From Octopus sinensis (taxonomy: Eukaryota), in contig NC_043004.1 of the NCBI RefSeq assembly GCF_006345805.1, positions 75,268,001-75,332,000 of the forward strand: 64,000 nucleotides of DNA, read 5' to 3'. The position numbers and the translations under genes are program-made. This document shows positions 24,521-36,604 of the stretch, piece after piece (within the stretch, counting starts at the first letter, position 1; each line of letters opens with the position of its first letter). Below the pieces are notes generated by a model. It ran no database searches and was not told the DNA's origin. It saw only the letters and a list, made by a program, of their open reading frames with translations.

Positions 24521-24720
24521 CTATGAAAATGAAAGCATAAACTTGTAAATATATCAACATCTACACTCATAAGTATATTCATATAAGAAACAGTGAACTT
24601 ATGAAGAAGCGTCGTGTAAAAGCTGATATAGGTCTTCTTTGCCAGGAACTGTTAATACACTGATAATTAGTAAGAAAACAATTATAAAAGAAAATGTCTT
24701 CGAAACAAAAATGCCATTAC

Positions 24721-24891
24721 CTTTTAAGGGAAAAATCAGACCAATATAAATGGTCAGCTTTGAAGTCGATTGTAAGACTGGCTGGGTACCCTAGCTCATG
24801 TCGGCGTATATGCTTCACATTGCTACCATCAGCAAAAGCTCTTCCAATATAAGATAGCTTCGCATGAACTCGGCTTGCAAAGAAAATTAAA
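24721..24891 (-). CDS. LRP2: LRP2/megalin-like exon (propeller)
   Basis: tttttcag|T TTA ATT TTC…CTT AAA AG|gtaatg; 171 nt, phase 2/2; (G)LIFFASRVHAKLSYIGRAFADGSNVKHIRRHELGYPASLTIDFKADHLYWSDFSLK(R). Confidence 0.9.
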
Positions 24892-24939
24892 CTGAAAAAT
24901 ATGAAAAACAGCAATGTAATAAACAATCAATCTATCTAC

Positions 24940-24982
<43 letters not shown>

Positions 24983-25009
24983 TCTCTCTCTCTCTCTATC
25001 TATCTATCT

Positions 25010-25162
25010 TTTTTGTACCCCCCTTTGTTTTCTTTCTTTCCCTTTTATGATCCCTTTTGATCGAAAACCTACCCCACTTTTTTTTTCTCCCCCAAAAGAA
25101 AAGCTCTACTTTGTAATCTGTCCTGTCTATGTGCAGCTCTGTGTGGCTAATAAAGAAACATA
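25010..25162 (+). mobile_element. 3'-terminal fragment of the same Tx1-like LINE family as 25274-31345
   Basis: Matches 31190-31345 (tcccttttgatcgaa…aagaaaagctctac…gtgtggctaataaagaaaca). Flanked on both sides by (TATC)n. Confidence 0.88.
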
Positions 25163-25177
25163 TCTATCTATCTATCC

Positions 25178-25230
<53 letters not shown>

Positions 25231-25483
25231 CTATCTATCTATCTATCAGATCTATCTATCTATCTATCTATCTCGGACGCTAGTCATATCGGCTCCAAGT
25301 AAGTTGGCCACTTTTACATGTTTAAAACTCCTTGTTGTCAAATATTTTGTTCTAATCGTTGTGCAAATTCATTCACTAAAAAACCTGAGAATTATTCACG
25401 TAGAATTCCGCCCCTGTATGGGCGAAATTACAAAAAAACTTCAAAACTTTCGTGGGTTTTTTAGCCATTTTTCATTTTGAAAA

Positions 25484-27486
25484 TGGCAACTAGAAACCAC
25501 GTGGCTAGCCCGCCAGTCATGCAGAACGGTAGCAAAACACTATTGCTACCACTAGCTGCTAAACATCGCAGCGTGAACACCGCTGTCACCACCATCACCA
25601 CCACCAACAACAACAACAACAAATCTAACGTCGCATTCACCATCGCCGCGACCAAAGACATTAACTTAGATTTCCCCTCACTCCCCACACCACTTGTTGA
25701 TGATAAAGGGACAGAGAAAGGGATTTCAAAAATGAATACAAACGAAAACATGAATGCCAGCACCACCACCATCACCACAACAACAACAACAACGAAATTG
25801 GCACAAAGCCGCCTACCAAAGACAACACCACCAACACCAACACCACTACTACGACGTCAAATGCTACATCCAAGCCTTCTGCTGCTAATACCGCCAACAC
25901 CAACACCACTACCATGACTTCAATTAACACTGCCACAATTAACACTTCTACTGCCAAATTCAAAACGAATTTTGCGGACGTAACAAAACAAAAAAGAACA
26001 ATTGTAACATTCACCACACAAGAGATAAACCGCACAAAGGCACTCTTCTCCAAAGAAGGAGACAAATTGCACCTTCATATTCCACAACACATCGTGGAAA
26101 ACACGCAAAAAAAAAACAATAATTTATAAAGTAATAAACAAAAAAACAAGAAGAACAGAAAATGCACCGCAGGAAAAAATCGATAAATGCCTTCGTCCTG
26201 TATGGGACTCCAAGGAATATATCAGTTGGGGAAACAAATTTGGTACAGTCCAAGTACGTTTCCTCAACGAAAGTTTAGCAAAACGTTTTTCCACATTGGA
26301 GCTACATTCGGACGACTTGGTAATGATACCAGTCTATTTAAACAAAAGGGTCACGAAAGTCCAAATAAAAAACATACCATTTGATGTCGAAACACAATGG
26401 GTGGTCTCTGCCATCTGCTTTGAAATGTCAGAGACAATGTCAGAGACAAACATCCTGGAAATCGCGGTTCTAGGAGAGAAAGACTATGTGGGCAAATCAA
26501 TCGAATTCCTGCTTCAATTGGATGAAGCAGCAAGAGAGAAGATACCCACCGCTATAGAACTGCCAGGAGGCTACAAACTCTATATAGTGGTAGAGGGCAG
26601 GCGACCACGCTGCTATTTGTGTGGAAGCGAAACACACTTGAAAAAGACGTGCCCAACCACTGCACACCAAGAGCAACAACAACAACCACTACCACAACCA
26701 AAGCACTCCGGAAAAAAAGCTCTACTACCCACACCACCATCAACACAGAAGACGACAAGAGAAGCACACCAAGCTAATCCGTCATCAACCAAAAACCACT
26801 CGACACCTGGAAAAATACCAACACTACCATCAACAGCAAAACCCAAAGGAACAGAAAAACAAAGAAAACACACACAAACTGATCCCCCATCCCTTATACC
26901 GCACTCAACACACACAAACACTCAACAACCAACAACAACGAAAACAACAACACAACCACTTACACAGACATACATAGAAGCCCACAACATACCCCTACCC
27001 CCTTCTGATTCCTCAGAAATTTCGTCGGAAGACGAAACCAGTGAGGAATGGCAAATAGCTACAAAAAGAAGGAAAATAAAGAGCAGAAACACAACCAAAC
27101 CAAATGCAAACACGAACAAAGCAGGGGGAAATACATCTCCCGAAGACATTTCAAAACCCAACGCAAACAACAGCCACACCAACACCACAAAAACATATAC
27201 AGCAAACATGCTCACAGCCATAGACACCAAAAACACAAATTTGATGGAATACATCCAATCAAAAACAAACATAACAGAAGATGACATAAAAACAAACAAC
27301 CACCCATACACAACACCACCAGACCACATCAAAATAATACACATCTCCAAAAGTCTGCACCACACACTCAAAGGCATTTTCCCCAGTGCGGTTGGTAAAT
27401 GCCAAAAATATCTCACAAAGAAACTGTACTGGGATCTTCTCGAGGACAAACCAACGGAGGAGAAAGCAAAAACTTTCGAGCAGTAA
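25484..27486 (+). pseudogene. LINE ORF1 (gag-like, CX2CX4HX4C zinc knuckle), frameshifted near 25915 and 26100-26140
   Basis: KVQIKNIPFDV…YIVVEGRRPRCYLCGSETHLKKTC followed by a long T/P/Q/K-rich tail. Confidence 0.8.
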
Positions 27487-27517
27487 GTAACCCTCTGTAT
27501 TCTAATTCATTAGAACT

Positions 27518-30500
27518 ATGATCAAGATTGGTTGTGTAAATGCGCGTGGCTTGGGGTCCCCTTGGAAACAAGGGTACCTCTTAAATGACATAAAGTCACA
27601 TAAGTTAGAAATCATAGCCATAAGCGAGACCAGACTCCACAATCCGCGGGCCCTAAAGACCATGTTTGGCGGACAGTTCAACATTTATTTTTCCCCCTGT
27701 CTGCCGAGAATGGGCGGTAGTGGCACCGCGGTACTTTTTCACAAGAGTCTGGATCTCAATGTAAGGACAATATTCGTAGACCCGGAGGGTAGACTGGTCG
27801 TCCTGGATGTCGACGGCAGCAATGGGTGCGCTTTTCGGCTCGTATCAGTTTACGCACCGCCCTTAACAGGTCGGGCGGATTTCTTTCAACGTCTAGAAGT
27901 TTTCTTGGGAACGTCTCGTCCTTTACTCTTAGTGGGGGATTGGAATGCTACCTTGGACACGCATGTAGACTACGTGGGTAGAGATAGGAATAGACGGGGA
28001 TGCAAATGCCTCAGAGACCTGCTCAGACGCTTTCAACTGTCTGACAGGTTCGACTAGACCACCCGAATGCGCCAACGTGGACATGGAGCAACCGCATCGG
28101 GTCGTCGAGATCGTATCTAGATAGGATACTGTGTAGGACAGTAGATAGAGATAGCATAGGATGTCCACAATTCCACATAGTCAGCTACACGGATCACAAA
28201 CTTGTGACATGTACGCTAGACTTAGGTAAGACACTTAGGCAGGGTCCCGGATACTGGAAACTAAACGCGTCTTTCCCATCGAGACAAGTTTTCAGAGACC
28301 GGATTAGCACACTAGTAAAGAGGGCTTTGACGGGAGCCATCATCAACAACAAATGGTGGTTTGCCCTCAAGAGAGCAGTAAAAGCAGAAGCGATTAGGTA
28401 CAGCAAAGCACTAGCCATAGATAGAAATAGAGTAGAGGGTGAGCTAGTTAAGAAGCTAGAAGAGGCAATTAGAAGCGGCATCGCATCCGACGTTTTGGCG
28501 GCGAGGTTGGCCCTCGACCAACACTTCAACGCCAAACACGAAGGATGTGCTGTCAGAGCTAGGATGCGTGCTCTAAGGAACGAAGGTGTTGGAGCCGCGA
28601 GAGAGGCCGGGTGGCAGAGGCGCAACAGGGCAACAAAGCCACCATTCGGTCACTGGTAGATGAACAGGGGCGCGAATTGCTCGAGCCAAGTAAAATGTGT
28701 GAGGCCTTTCAGCAGCATTTTGCCCGACTGTTCGGAACGAGTGGAGGGCAAGAACGTAGGGTGGACTTCAGTGCCTACCTACATAGCCTACCACGACTCT
28801 CGACAAGAAAGGCAGGGTGCTGCGAAGGTGCCATCACGGCGGCGGAAGTGCGGGAAGCGATGGCAGAATGCTCGAGGGACAAATCCGGGTTTGGATGGTC
28901 TACCCTACGAGCTTTACAATTGTATGCCAGACTTGTTTGGAGATCTCTTGGCGGCGGTGTACTGCAACTGGCAGCAAAACGGGAGCATTCCTGGTTTTGT
29001 GAGCCGAGGAGCCGTAACACTGCTGAAGAAAGATCTAAACAAGGGAAATGTAATAGATAACTTTAGGCCCATCACTCTGCTTAATGCAGACTTGAAAATT
29101 TTGGCCAAGGTGCTAGCCAAGAGGTTGGCGCTTGTCATCGAGAAACTGGTCGACAAGGCGCAAACATGCGCCGTGCCAGGCCGGACCATCCATGACAACC
29201 TCCATCTGATGCGCTACATCATAGACAGGGTAGTTAACGAACCTGGCATGGGTGGGGCCCTGATCAACTTGGATCAATCAAAAGCCTTTGATAGGGTAGA
29301 CCATCGATACTTGGAGGCAGTCCTGAGAGCGGCTGGTTTCGGTCCCGTCTTCCGCGGCTGGATAGCTGCCTTGTACAGAGGCATCCGTTCGGTAATTCGC
29401 GTAAATGGACATCTATCGAGACCTTTCGACATTGCACGTTCGGTCCGTCAGGGATGCCCCCTCTCGGCGCTTCTATACGTATTGACTCTTGAGCCACTAC
29501 TGCGGAAGCTGGCGACTCTAAGGGGCATCCCGCGAGAATTGGGATGCGGGACGAGCGTGTCTGCATACGCGGACGACGTCACCGTCATAGTGTCTAGCCA
29601 CGAGCACATCGAGCTGGTCGGCGAGACACTGAAAAACTACGAAGCGGTGACAGGAGCGAAAATCAACCGGGAAAAGTCAGTGGGCTTGCGACTAGGCACC
29701 TGGAGAAGCAAGCCCATGCCGTCCACCAGCGCCTCCGTCGTGGGACGCTGGACCGACGGCCCGGTTGAGTTGCTCGGGGTCTGGTTTGGTCCGGACCTCC
29801 AAGTGGAGAAGAACTGGAACGAGATAACGAGTAGGGTGGTCACTCTCGCCCGGCAATGGGCCGAGAGGAAACTGTCCCTAAAAGGTCGAGCGGAGGTGGC
29901 GAACACGTACATCGCGTCCGTCATCTACTACCGCCTGACCGTCGTACCTTGTCCCGACCCTACCATCACCAAACTACAACGCATCCTCTTTCGCTTCTTG
30001 TGGAAAGGATGCGTCCCGATGGTCAGGCGATCCATTTGCTGTCAACACCCGTTAAAAGGAGGGCTGGGCATGCCGTGGTTGATGATGCGCAGACACGCGC
30101 TGAGACTGCGACATCTCTGGCTCTATGTAGACGACGGTGAACAGGTGTGGTCGCCGTTTGTGAGGCACGCTTTCCCGCAGCTCGTCTCCATGACCGAACT
30201 GCAGTCGTGGATCAAAAAGAGGCCGAGGAAGGGCGAATGGCACCGCGAGTGTCGCGTTGCTCTCAAGCAACTCTGCCGTCCTGGGTCGACCTTAAGTGAC
30301 TTCAACACAACCAAAGCATTCTATAGGGGTTTAGTGGAGGGGAGGTACGACGACGAGCTCGGGGCGAACCTGGACGTCGACGAGGAGTACCTGACCCGCC
30401 TGTTCGGGACGACTTTCGGGCCAGGGCCCATGGACAACTTCCAGAGATCCCTGGCCTGGCAGTGCTACCGAGAAGCGCTACCCGTTCGGGATAAGCTCTA

Positions 30501-30951
30501 CAGACACGGCTCGAGAAACACGGGGCCGACCTGCCCGAGATGCGGTCAGAGCGACGAAACCGTTCTGCACGCACTCGTTCAGTGTCCAACAATTTCCGAC
30601 CTGTGGGCTTATGTCGAACAACTGCTGTCACGTGTGGGACGAGTCGGTTTATCAGCTGAGTCTATCGTCAATATTGTCACGCCTCCTTCCTTCAAACGGG
30701 AAGGAAGAGCTATTTTCATCATCCTTGTGGCTATGGCGAAAGAATGTATCTGGTGGACGCGTCTGAAAGGATTGGAGACAAACACTTTCCTCTCTGGTCA
30801 ATCTCTCATCAACTTCTTCAAGTACCACTTGAAAAGGAAAGTGAGAGTAGAGAGGCAAGTTTTGTCTAGCGAATGTTTTAAAAAAAGATGGGTGAATGTA
30901 GCAAGAATGGCACGTATGAATGACGAAGCCACCTTGAGCATAGTCCTATGA
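27518..30951 (+). pseudogene. LINE ORF2: APE endonuclease, RT and C-terminal CCHC; several frameshifts between ~28055 and ~28890
   Basis: IGCVNARGL, AISETRL, VSVYAP, GDWNATL, GLDGLPYE, FRPITLLNADLKILAK, LDQSKAFDRVDH, VRQGCPLS, AYADDVT, CPRCGQSDETVLHALVQC. Confidence 0.93.
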
Positions 30952-31343
30952 ACCCAGAAATCGAAAACAGAGAGTTGCTTATTTGCAAAAAAAAAAAAAA
31001 AAAAAAAGAAATATAAAATGTGACTTCATTGACCGAGGTTACCGTGGTCTTTTCCGCAGGCTTTTCTTTCCACGGGTAAACCTCACCTGTCCTCCCCTTT
31101 ACACTTCATATTGACATTTCTGTGATAACGATCCCTATTGATCATTTTTTTTCCTCTCCCCCCCTTTTTTTTTTTTTTTTTTTAACCCCCCTTATTTTTG
31201 TCCTCTTTCTCTCCTTTTACGATCCCTTTTGATCGAACCTCCCCCTTTTTTTTTTTTTTTTTTTTTTAATACCTTCAAAAGAAAAGCTCTACCTTGTAAT
31301 TTGTTCTATCTGTGTGCAGCCCTGTGTGGCTAATAAAGAAACA

Positions 31344-31381
<38 letters not shown>

Positions 31382-31967
31382 CACACACACACACACACAC
31401 ACACAGAGTAAGAAATAGATAATAACTGGAAAGGACCATGGGATTTGACTTGCTACTTCTTTATTCCATCTGTTTGAGTATTCTGCAACACATGCACACT
31501 TCAGATGCAACCAGTAGATGCACCCTGTTGGGTCAGCACTGATGCCGTCTCCATATTACATCATAGCCCACCTTTAACTGTGAACAACCTGTATGTACAT
31601 ATGACTTTGGGAGTTTTACATGATTAACTTGAGAGCTGAAACTAGAATATCTTAATAGTTGTGCGTTGTGCACATCCAACCATAAATTAATTAATGTCAG
31701 ATACTCTTCCCTACCCCTACTTTACTGTGACTATAAATTCGCCATGTCTACATAAAGGAACATGCCTCAGAAGGTGCTAGCAATATAAGGGTATACGGGT
31801 GATAAGCAGAAAGAGGACGTGCTGAGGTGACTTAACCTATGTGATGATTATCAATTAAAAGGGGCCTAAAATAGAAAACAAAGGAGATCACAATGAGATC
31901 CAAGTGGGCATTAAGGGTACAGTGGAAATGTATAAACAAATTTAGCCAAATTTATATATTATTATAG

Positions 31968-32190
31968 TGGAGGCGCATGGCTTAGTGGTTAGGGTGTCAG
32001 CATCATGATCGTAAGATTGTGGCTTCAATTCCTGGTCCGGGCGATGCGTTGTGTTTTTGAGCAAAACACTTCATTTCACGTTGCTCCAGTCCACTCAGCT
32101 GGCAAAAATGAGTAATGCTGCGATGGACTGGCATCCCGTCCAGCTGGGAAACCAGGAAACCAGGCCCATGAGCCTGGCTAGGCTTTAAAA
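31968..32190 (+). mobile_element. tRNA-derived SINE (second family)
   Basis: GGAGGCGCATGGCTTAGTGGTTAGG A-box-like, GGCTTCAATTCC B-box-like, then gtgtttttgagcaaaacactt…ctccagtccactcagctg. Confidence 0.8.
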
Positions 32191-32605
32191 GGGCGCAAAG
32201 GAAAGAATATATTATTATATTATGTGTATTAAATAATAAAATTTAGGAAGGGATTTAAGGACCAAGTTAGAGAAGAAGGATAGGTAAAACAATCTCAGCC
32301 CTAAAAAAATGTGGGGTACTTTTACATAAAATAGAAACCTTATAATCCTTCATCTTAGTATACTGTTAAGGTGGTCATGATGAAAGTATTCAACAATGAA
32401 GCCATAATTAGAATTCAGATTTCATCCGAGCAGGGGAACACATTTTCTATTGACTGAAAACCAAATATTAACTGCTAAAAAAATGAGGAAAGCAATTGTA
32501 TAACAGATAAACTTATTTAAAGAAACCTTGGGAAAATATAATTATATAAAAAAGCTTTTAACATTATGAAAAAATCTTAAAGGATATAAGAAGGTATAAA
32601 AATAT

Positions 32606-32644
<39 letters not shown>

Positions 32645-32648
<4 letters not shown>

Positions 32649-33153
32649 ATATTTTGGAATGGTCATATTGCCAGTTTAGCCAATAAAAACACACGCACTA
32701 TATATTTGGTGTTATTTTGCTTCAGTGATATTTATTTTTTTTTTATTTTTTACTTTAATCTTAATCTTATTTCGGCCAGAGTTCTTTCGTCACACTCCTG
32801 TGACTGCATCAGTGGTCCTTTGTTTTCTTCTTTCTTATTTGTTTGTGTCTCTCCTTACTAACCGTCAGCCATTTTGTATTTCTATTGTATGTCTTCATTT
32901 GTGCATGCTTATATCTCTATGTGCGTCTATGTTTATTTAGTGTGTGTGTGGGGGGGATGCCTGTAATATTTGTAATTTGTATTTTGTTTTTGTTGTTGTT
33001 GCTTTTGTTCTAATTTTGTTCATGTGTTTACATCCACCCATTATTATCATTACATATGCTTGTATGTATGTATAACAACAATATTAGTAATAATAATAAT
33101 AAATCTAATAGAAAAAAAAATATATATATATATACACATAATATACACATACG

Positions 33154-33186
<33 letters not shown>

Positions 33187-34412
33187 TATATACATACATA
33201 CACATACATACACATATACATAGATATAGTTATTCATTTCTATTTGTTTATTTATCTGTGTATTTATTATGTTTTCGGGATCCTCTATCGTCATATGTTG
33301 TGGTGTGTGCTATTGCTCCATTCTAGTTTTCTATTCAGGCTAGGTTTATTTTCTATTATATGTGTAGCTTCTGTAATTTGTCTAATTGTTGCATCTGTTC
33401 TATGTGTGGACAATATCTTAATCTCTATGTTATTGATTGATCCCCCTGTTCCTGTTCGGCGTGTTGGTATAGAATCGATGAGGAAGGTAAAAGCTCATCG
33501 ATTCTGTACCAACACGCCGAACAGGAACACGGGGGATCAATCAATAACATAGAGATTAAGATATTGTCCACACATAGATCAGATGCAACAATTAGATAAA
33601 TTACAGAAGCTACACATATAATAGAAAATAAACCTAGCCTGAATAGAAAACTAGAATGGAGCAATAGCACACACCACAACATATGACGATAGAGGATCCC
33701 GAAAACATAATAAATACACAGATAAATAAACAAATAGAAATGAATAACTATATCTATGTATATGTGTATGTATGTGTATGTATGTATATATATATATATA
33801 TATATATATACGTATGTATATGTGTATATATATGTGTATATATATATATATTTTTTTTTTCTATTAGATTTATTATTATTATTACTAATATTGTTGTTAT
33901 ACATACATACATACAAGCATATGTAATGATAATAATGGGTGGATGTAAACACATGAACAAAATTAGAACAAAAGCAACAACAACAAAAACAAAATACAAA
34001 TTACATGAATGTATATAAACAGAAGATACAAATATTACAGGCATCCCCCCACACACACACTAAATAAACATAGACGCACATAGAGATATAAGCATGCACA
34101 AATGAAGACATACAATAGAAATACAAAATGGCTGACGGTTAGTAAGGAGAGACACAAACAAATAAGAAAGAAGAAAACAAAGGACCACTGATGCAGTCAC
34201 AGGAGTGTGACGAAAGAACTCTGGCCGAAATAAGATTAAGATTAAAGTAAAAAATAAAAAAAAAATAAATATCACTGAAGCAAAATAACACCAAATATAT
34301 AGTGCGTGTGTTTTTATTGGCTAAACTGGCAATATGACCATTCCAAAATATAACAATATCTGTTTCAACACACGACTTCACATAAAAAATCTTGCACAAC
34401 AAATATTTAAAC
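32645..34412. mobile_element. PLE family A 3' region as a ~1.7 kb fold-back palindrome
   Basis: Arms ~32645-33480 and ~33494-34356 are reverse complements, with centre gaatcgatgag-gaaggtaaaag-ctcatcgattc. Sequence matches 11070-11820. Confidence 0.9.
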
Positions 34413-34416
34413 GTAT

Positions 34417-34464
<48 letters not shown>

Positions 34465-34466
<2 letters not shown>

Positions 34467-34898
34467 CTCTTTACTCTTTTGCTTGTTTCAGTCATTTGAC
34501 TGCGGCCATGCTGGAGTACCACCTTTAGCTGAGCAAATCGACACCAGGACGTATTCTTTGTAAGCCCAGTACTTATTCTATCAGTTTCTTTTTGCCAAAC
34601 TGCTAAGTTACGGGGACGTAAACACACTAGCATCAGTTGTCAAGCGATGTTGGAGAGACAAGCACAGACACATAAACGTATACACACACACACACACATA
34701 TGTATGTATATATATATATATACAAACATCCATATATACGACGGGCTTCTTTCAGTTTCCGTCTACCAAATCCACTCACAAGGCCTTGGTCGGCCTGAGG
34801 CTATAGTAGAAGACGCTTGCCCAGGGTACCACACAGTGGGACTGAACCATGATGTGGTTGGTAAGCTAGCTACTTACCACACAATCACTCCTCCGCCT
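34465..34898 (-). mobile_element. Full composite tRNA-SINE
   Basis: Same structure as 17001-17436. Confidence 0.85.
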
Positions 34899-35519
34899 AT
34901 ATACACATATATACATATATATACATAAAAAATATCATATGCTATAAAATGTAAATGCAAATCGATAAATATAAATACCATATTGTATTATATTATACCA
35001 TCATTAATTATAGAGAGATGTTACAAACCTCTTCACAATCCATAGAAGTTACACTAGTATATACAAGGGTAAATAAGTATAATAAGAATATGTATAATAA
35101 TAGTAAGGATATGACTGAGGTGAATGGATCATGCTCTAAGGATAACATGAATACCTGTAATGAGAGCATATTTAATAATCAGAGAGTTGAGGAGGTTGTA
35201 GAAGAATCGGTAAAATCTGCTTTCATAAACATAAGAAGTCCAGAAAGAATAATGTAGTCTTGTATAATGTTTTCTTTAACTGTACTACATCTACCAATGT
35301 CCCACGTATGCTAGCATAGAACACAGGTGTTAAATGATGATGATGATGATGACGACGACGATGATGATAATAATGGCGATTTTAGAAAAAAACTTCCCAG
35401 CTTCCCATAAGTACAATAGAATCTTCTCCCGTAAGACAATCAGAATTTCATATTCCACCATTACTAATATAGGTACTGTCAAAGCCTGATTTAATAGAAC
35501 AAATATAAAATTAGCATGA

Positions 35520-35532
35520 GGGATTAGTAATA

Positions 35533-35573
<41 letters not shown>

Positions 35574-35696
35574 TCGTCAATAGTGTTTTAAACCCCTGTA
35601 ATAATAATAATCAGAAGAAGACGAATGATGATGATGATGATAATGATAATGATAATACTAATAATAATGATAATAATGATAATGATAATGATGATG

Positions 35697-35736
<40 letters not shown>

Positions 35737-35877
35737 TGATGATATGATGATGATGATGATGATAATAATGATGATGATGATGATGATGGTAATAATAATA
35801 ATAATATAATGATAATGATAATAATAATAATGATGATGATGATAATAATAATAATAATAATAATAATGATGATGATT

Positions 35878-35915
<38 letters not shown>

Positions 35916-35936
35916 AATAATGATGATGATGTTGAT

Positions 35937-35974
<38 letters not shown>

Positions 35975-35999
35975 TAACGATAATAATAATAATGAGATG

Positions 36000-36033
<34 letters not shown>

Positions 36034-36104
36034 TGATGATTATGATGATGGTAATAATAATAATATAATAATAATGATAACGATAATAATAATAATGATG
36101 ATTG

Positions 36105-36138
<34 letters not shown>

Positions 36139-36151
36139 TGATGATGATGAT

Positions 36152-36184
<33 letters not shown>

Positions 36185-36212
36185 GATAACGATAATAATA
36201 ATAATGATGATG

Positions 36213-36258
<46 letters not shown>

Positions 36259-36271
36259 TGATGATGATGAT

Positions 36272-36309
<38 letters not shown>

Positions 36310-36515
36310 TAACGATAATAATAATAATGATGATGATAATAATAATAATAATTGATATGTAGGAATTCTGAATGATAGAACTAATATACATAATATAAAT
36401 AATAACTCAGGCATTACTGACACAACACCTGATCGTACAACAATGAATTTAAGTGATACTGTAAATGATAGAAGTAGTAGTAGTAATAATAATAATGATG
36501 ATGATGATGATGATG

Positions 36516-36602
<87 letters not shown>
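35520..36602. repeat. Compound (AAT)n/(GAT)n/(CAT)n trinucleotide microsatellite
   Basis: Direct reading. Interrupted by ~110 bp of unique sequence at ~36355-36470. Confidence 0.95.

Positions 36603-36604
<2 letters not shown>

Larger units (their letters stand above)
25274..31345 (+). mobile_element. Near full-length Tx1/L1-clade LINE
   Basis: 5' UTR, ORF1, ORF2, pyrimidine-rich 3' UTR and AATAAA. Embedded in (TATC)n (25163-25273 and 31346-31380). Confidence 0.92.

Noticed and set aside
24874-24875. Alternative in-frame splice acceptor (tgcaag|C CGA) 18 nt inside the exon
   Set aside because: Using it would delete LIFFAS, the blade-motif position. The upstream tttttcag has a better pyrimidine tract and restores alignment to megalin.
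31968-32045. Possible tRNA genes here and at 10157, 17340-17436 and 34800-34898
   Set aside because: They have A/B boxes but no complete cloverleaf, and they continue into SINE bodies present in multiple copies.
34955-35257. 100-aa ORF in non-repetitive AT-rich DNA
   Set aside because: No recognisable motif or convincing splice context; expected by chance.
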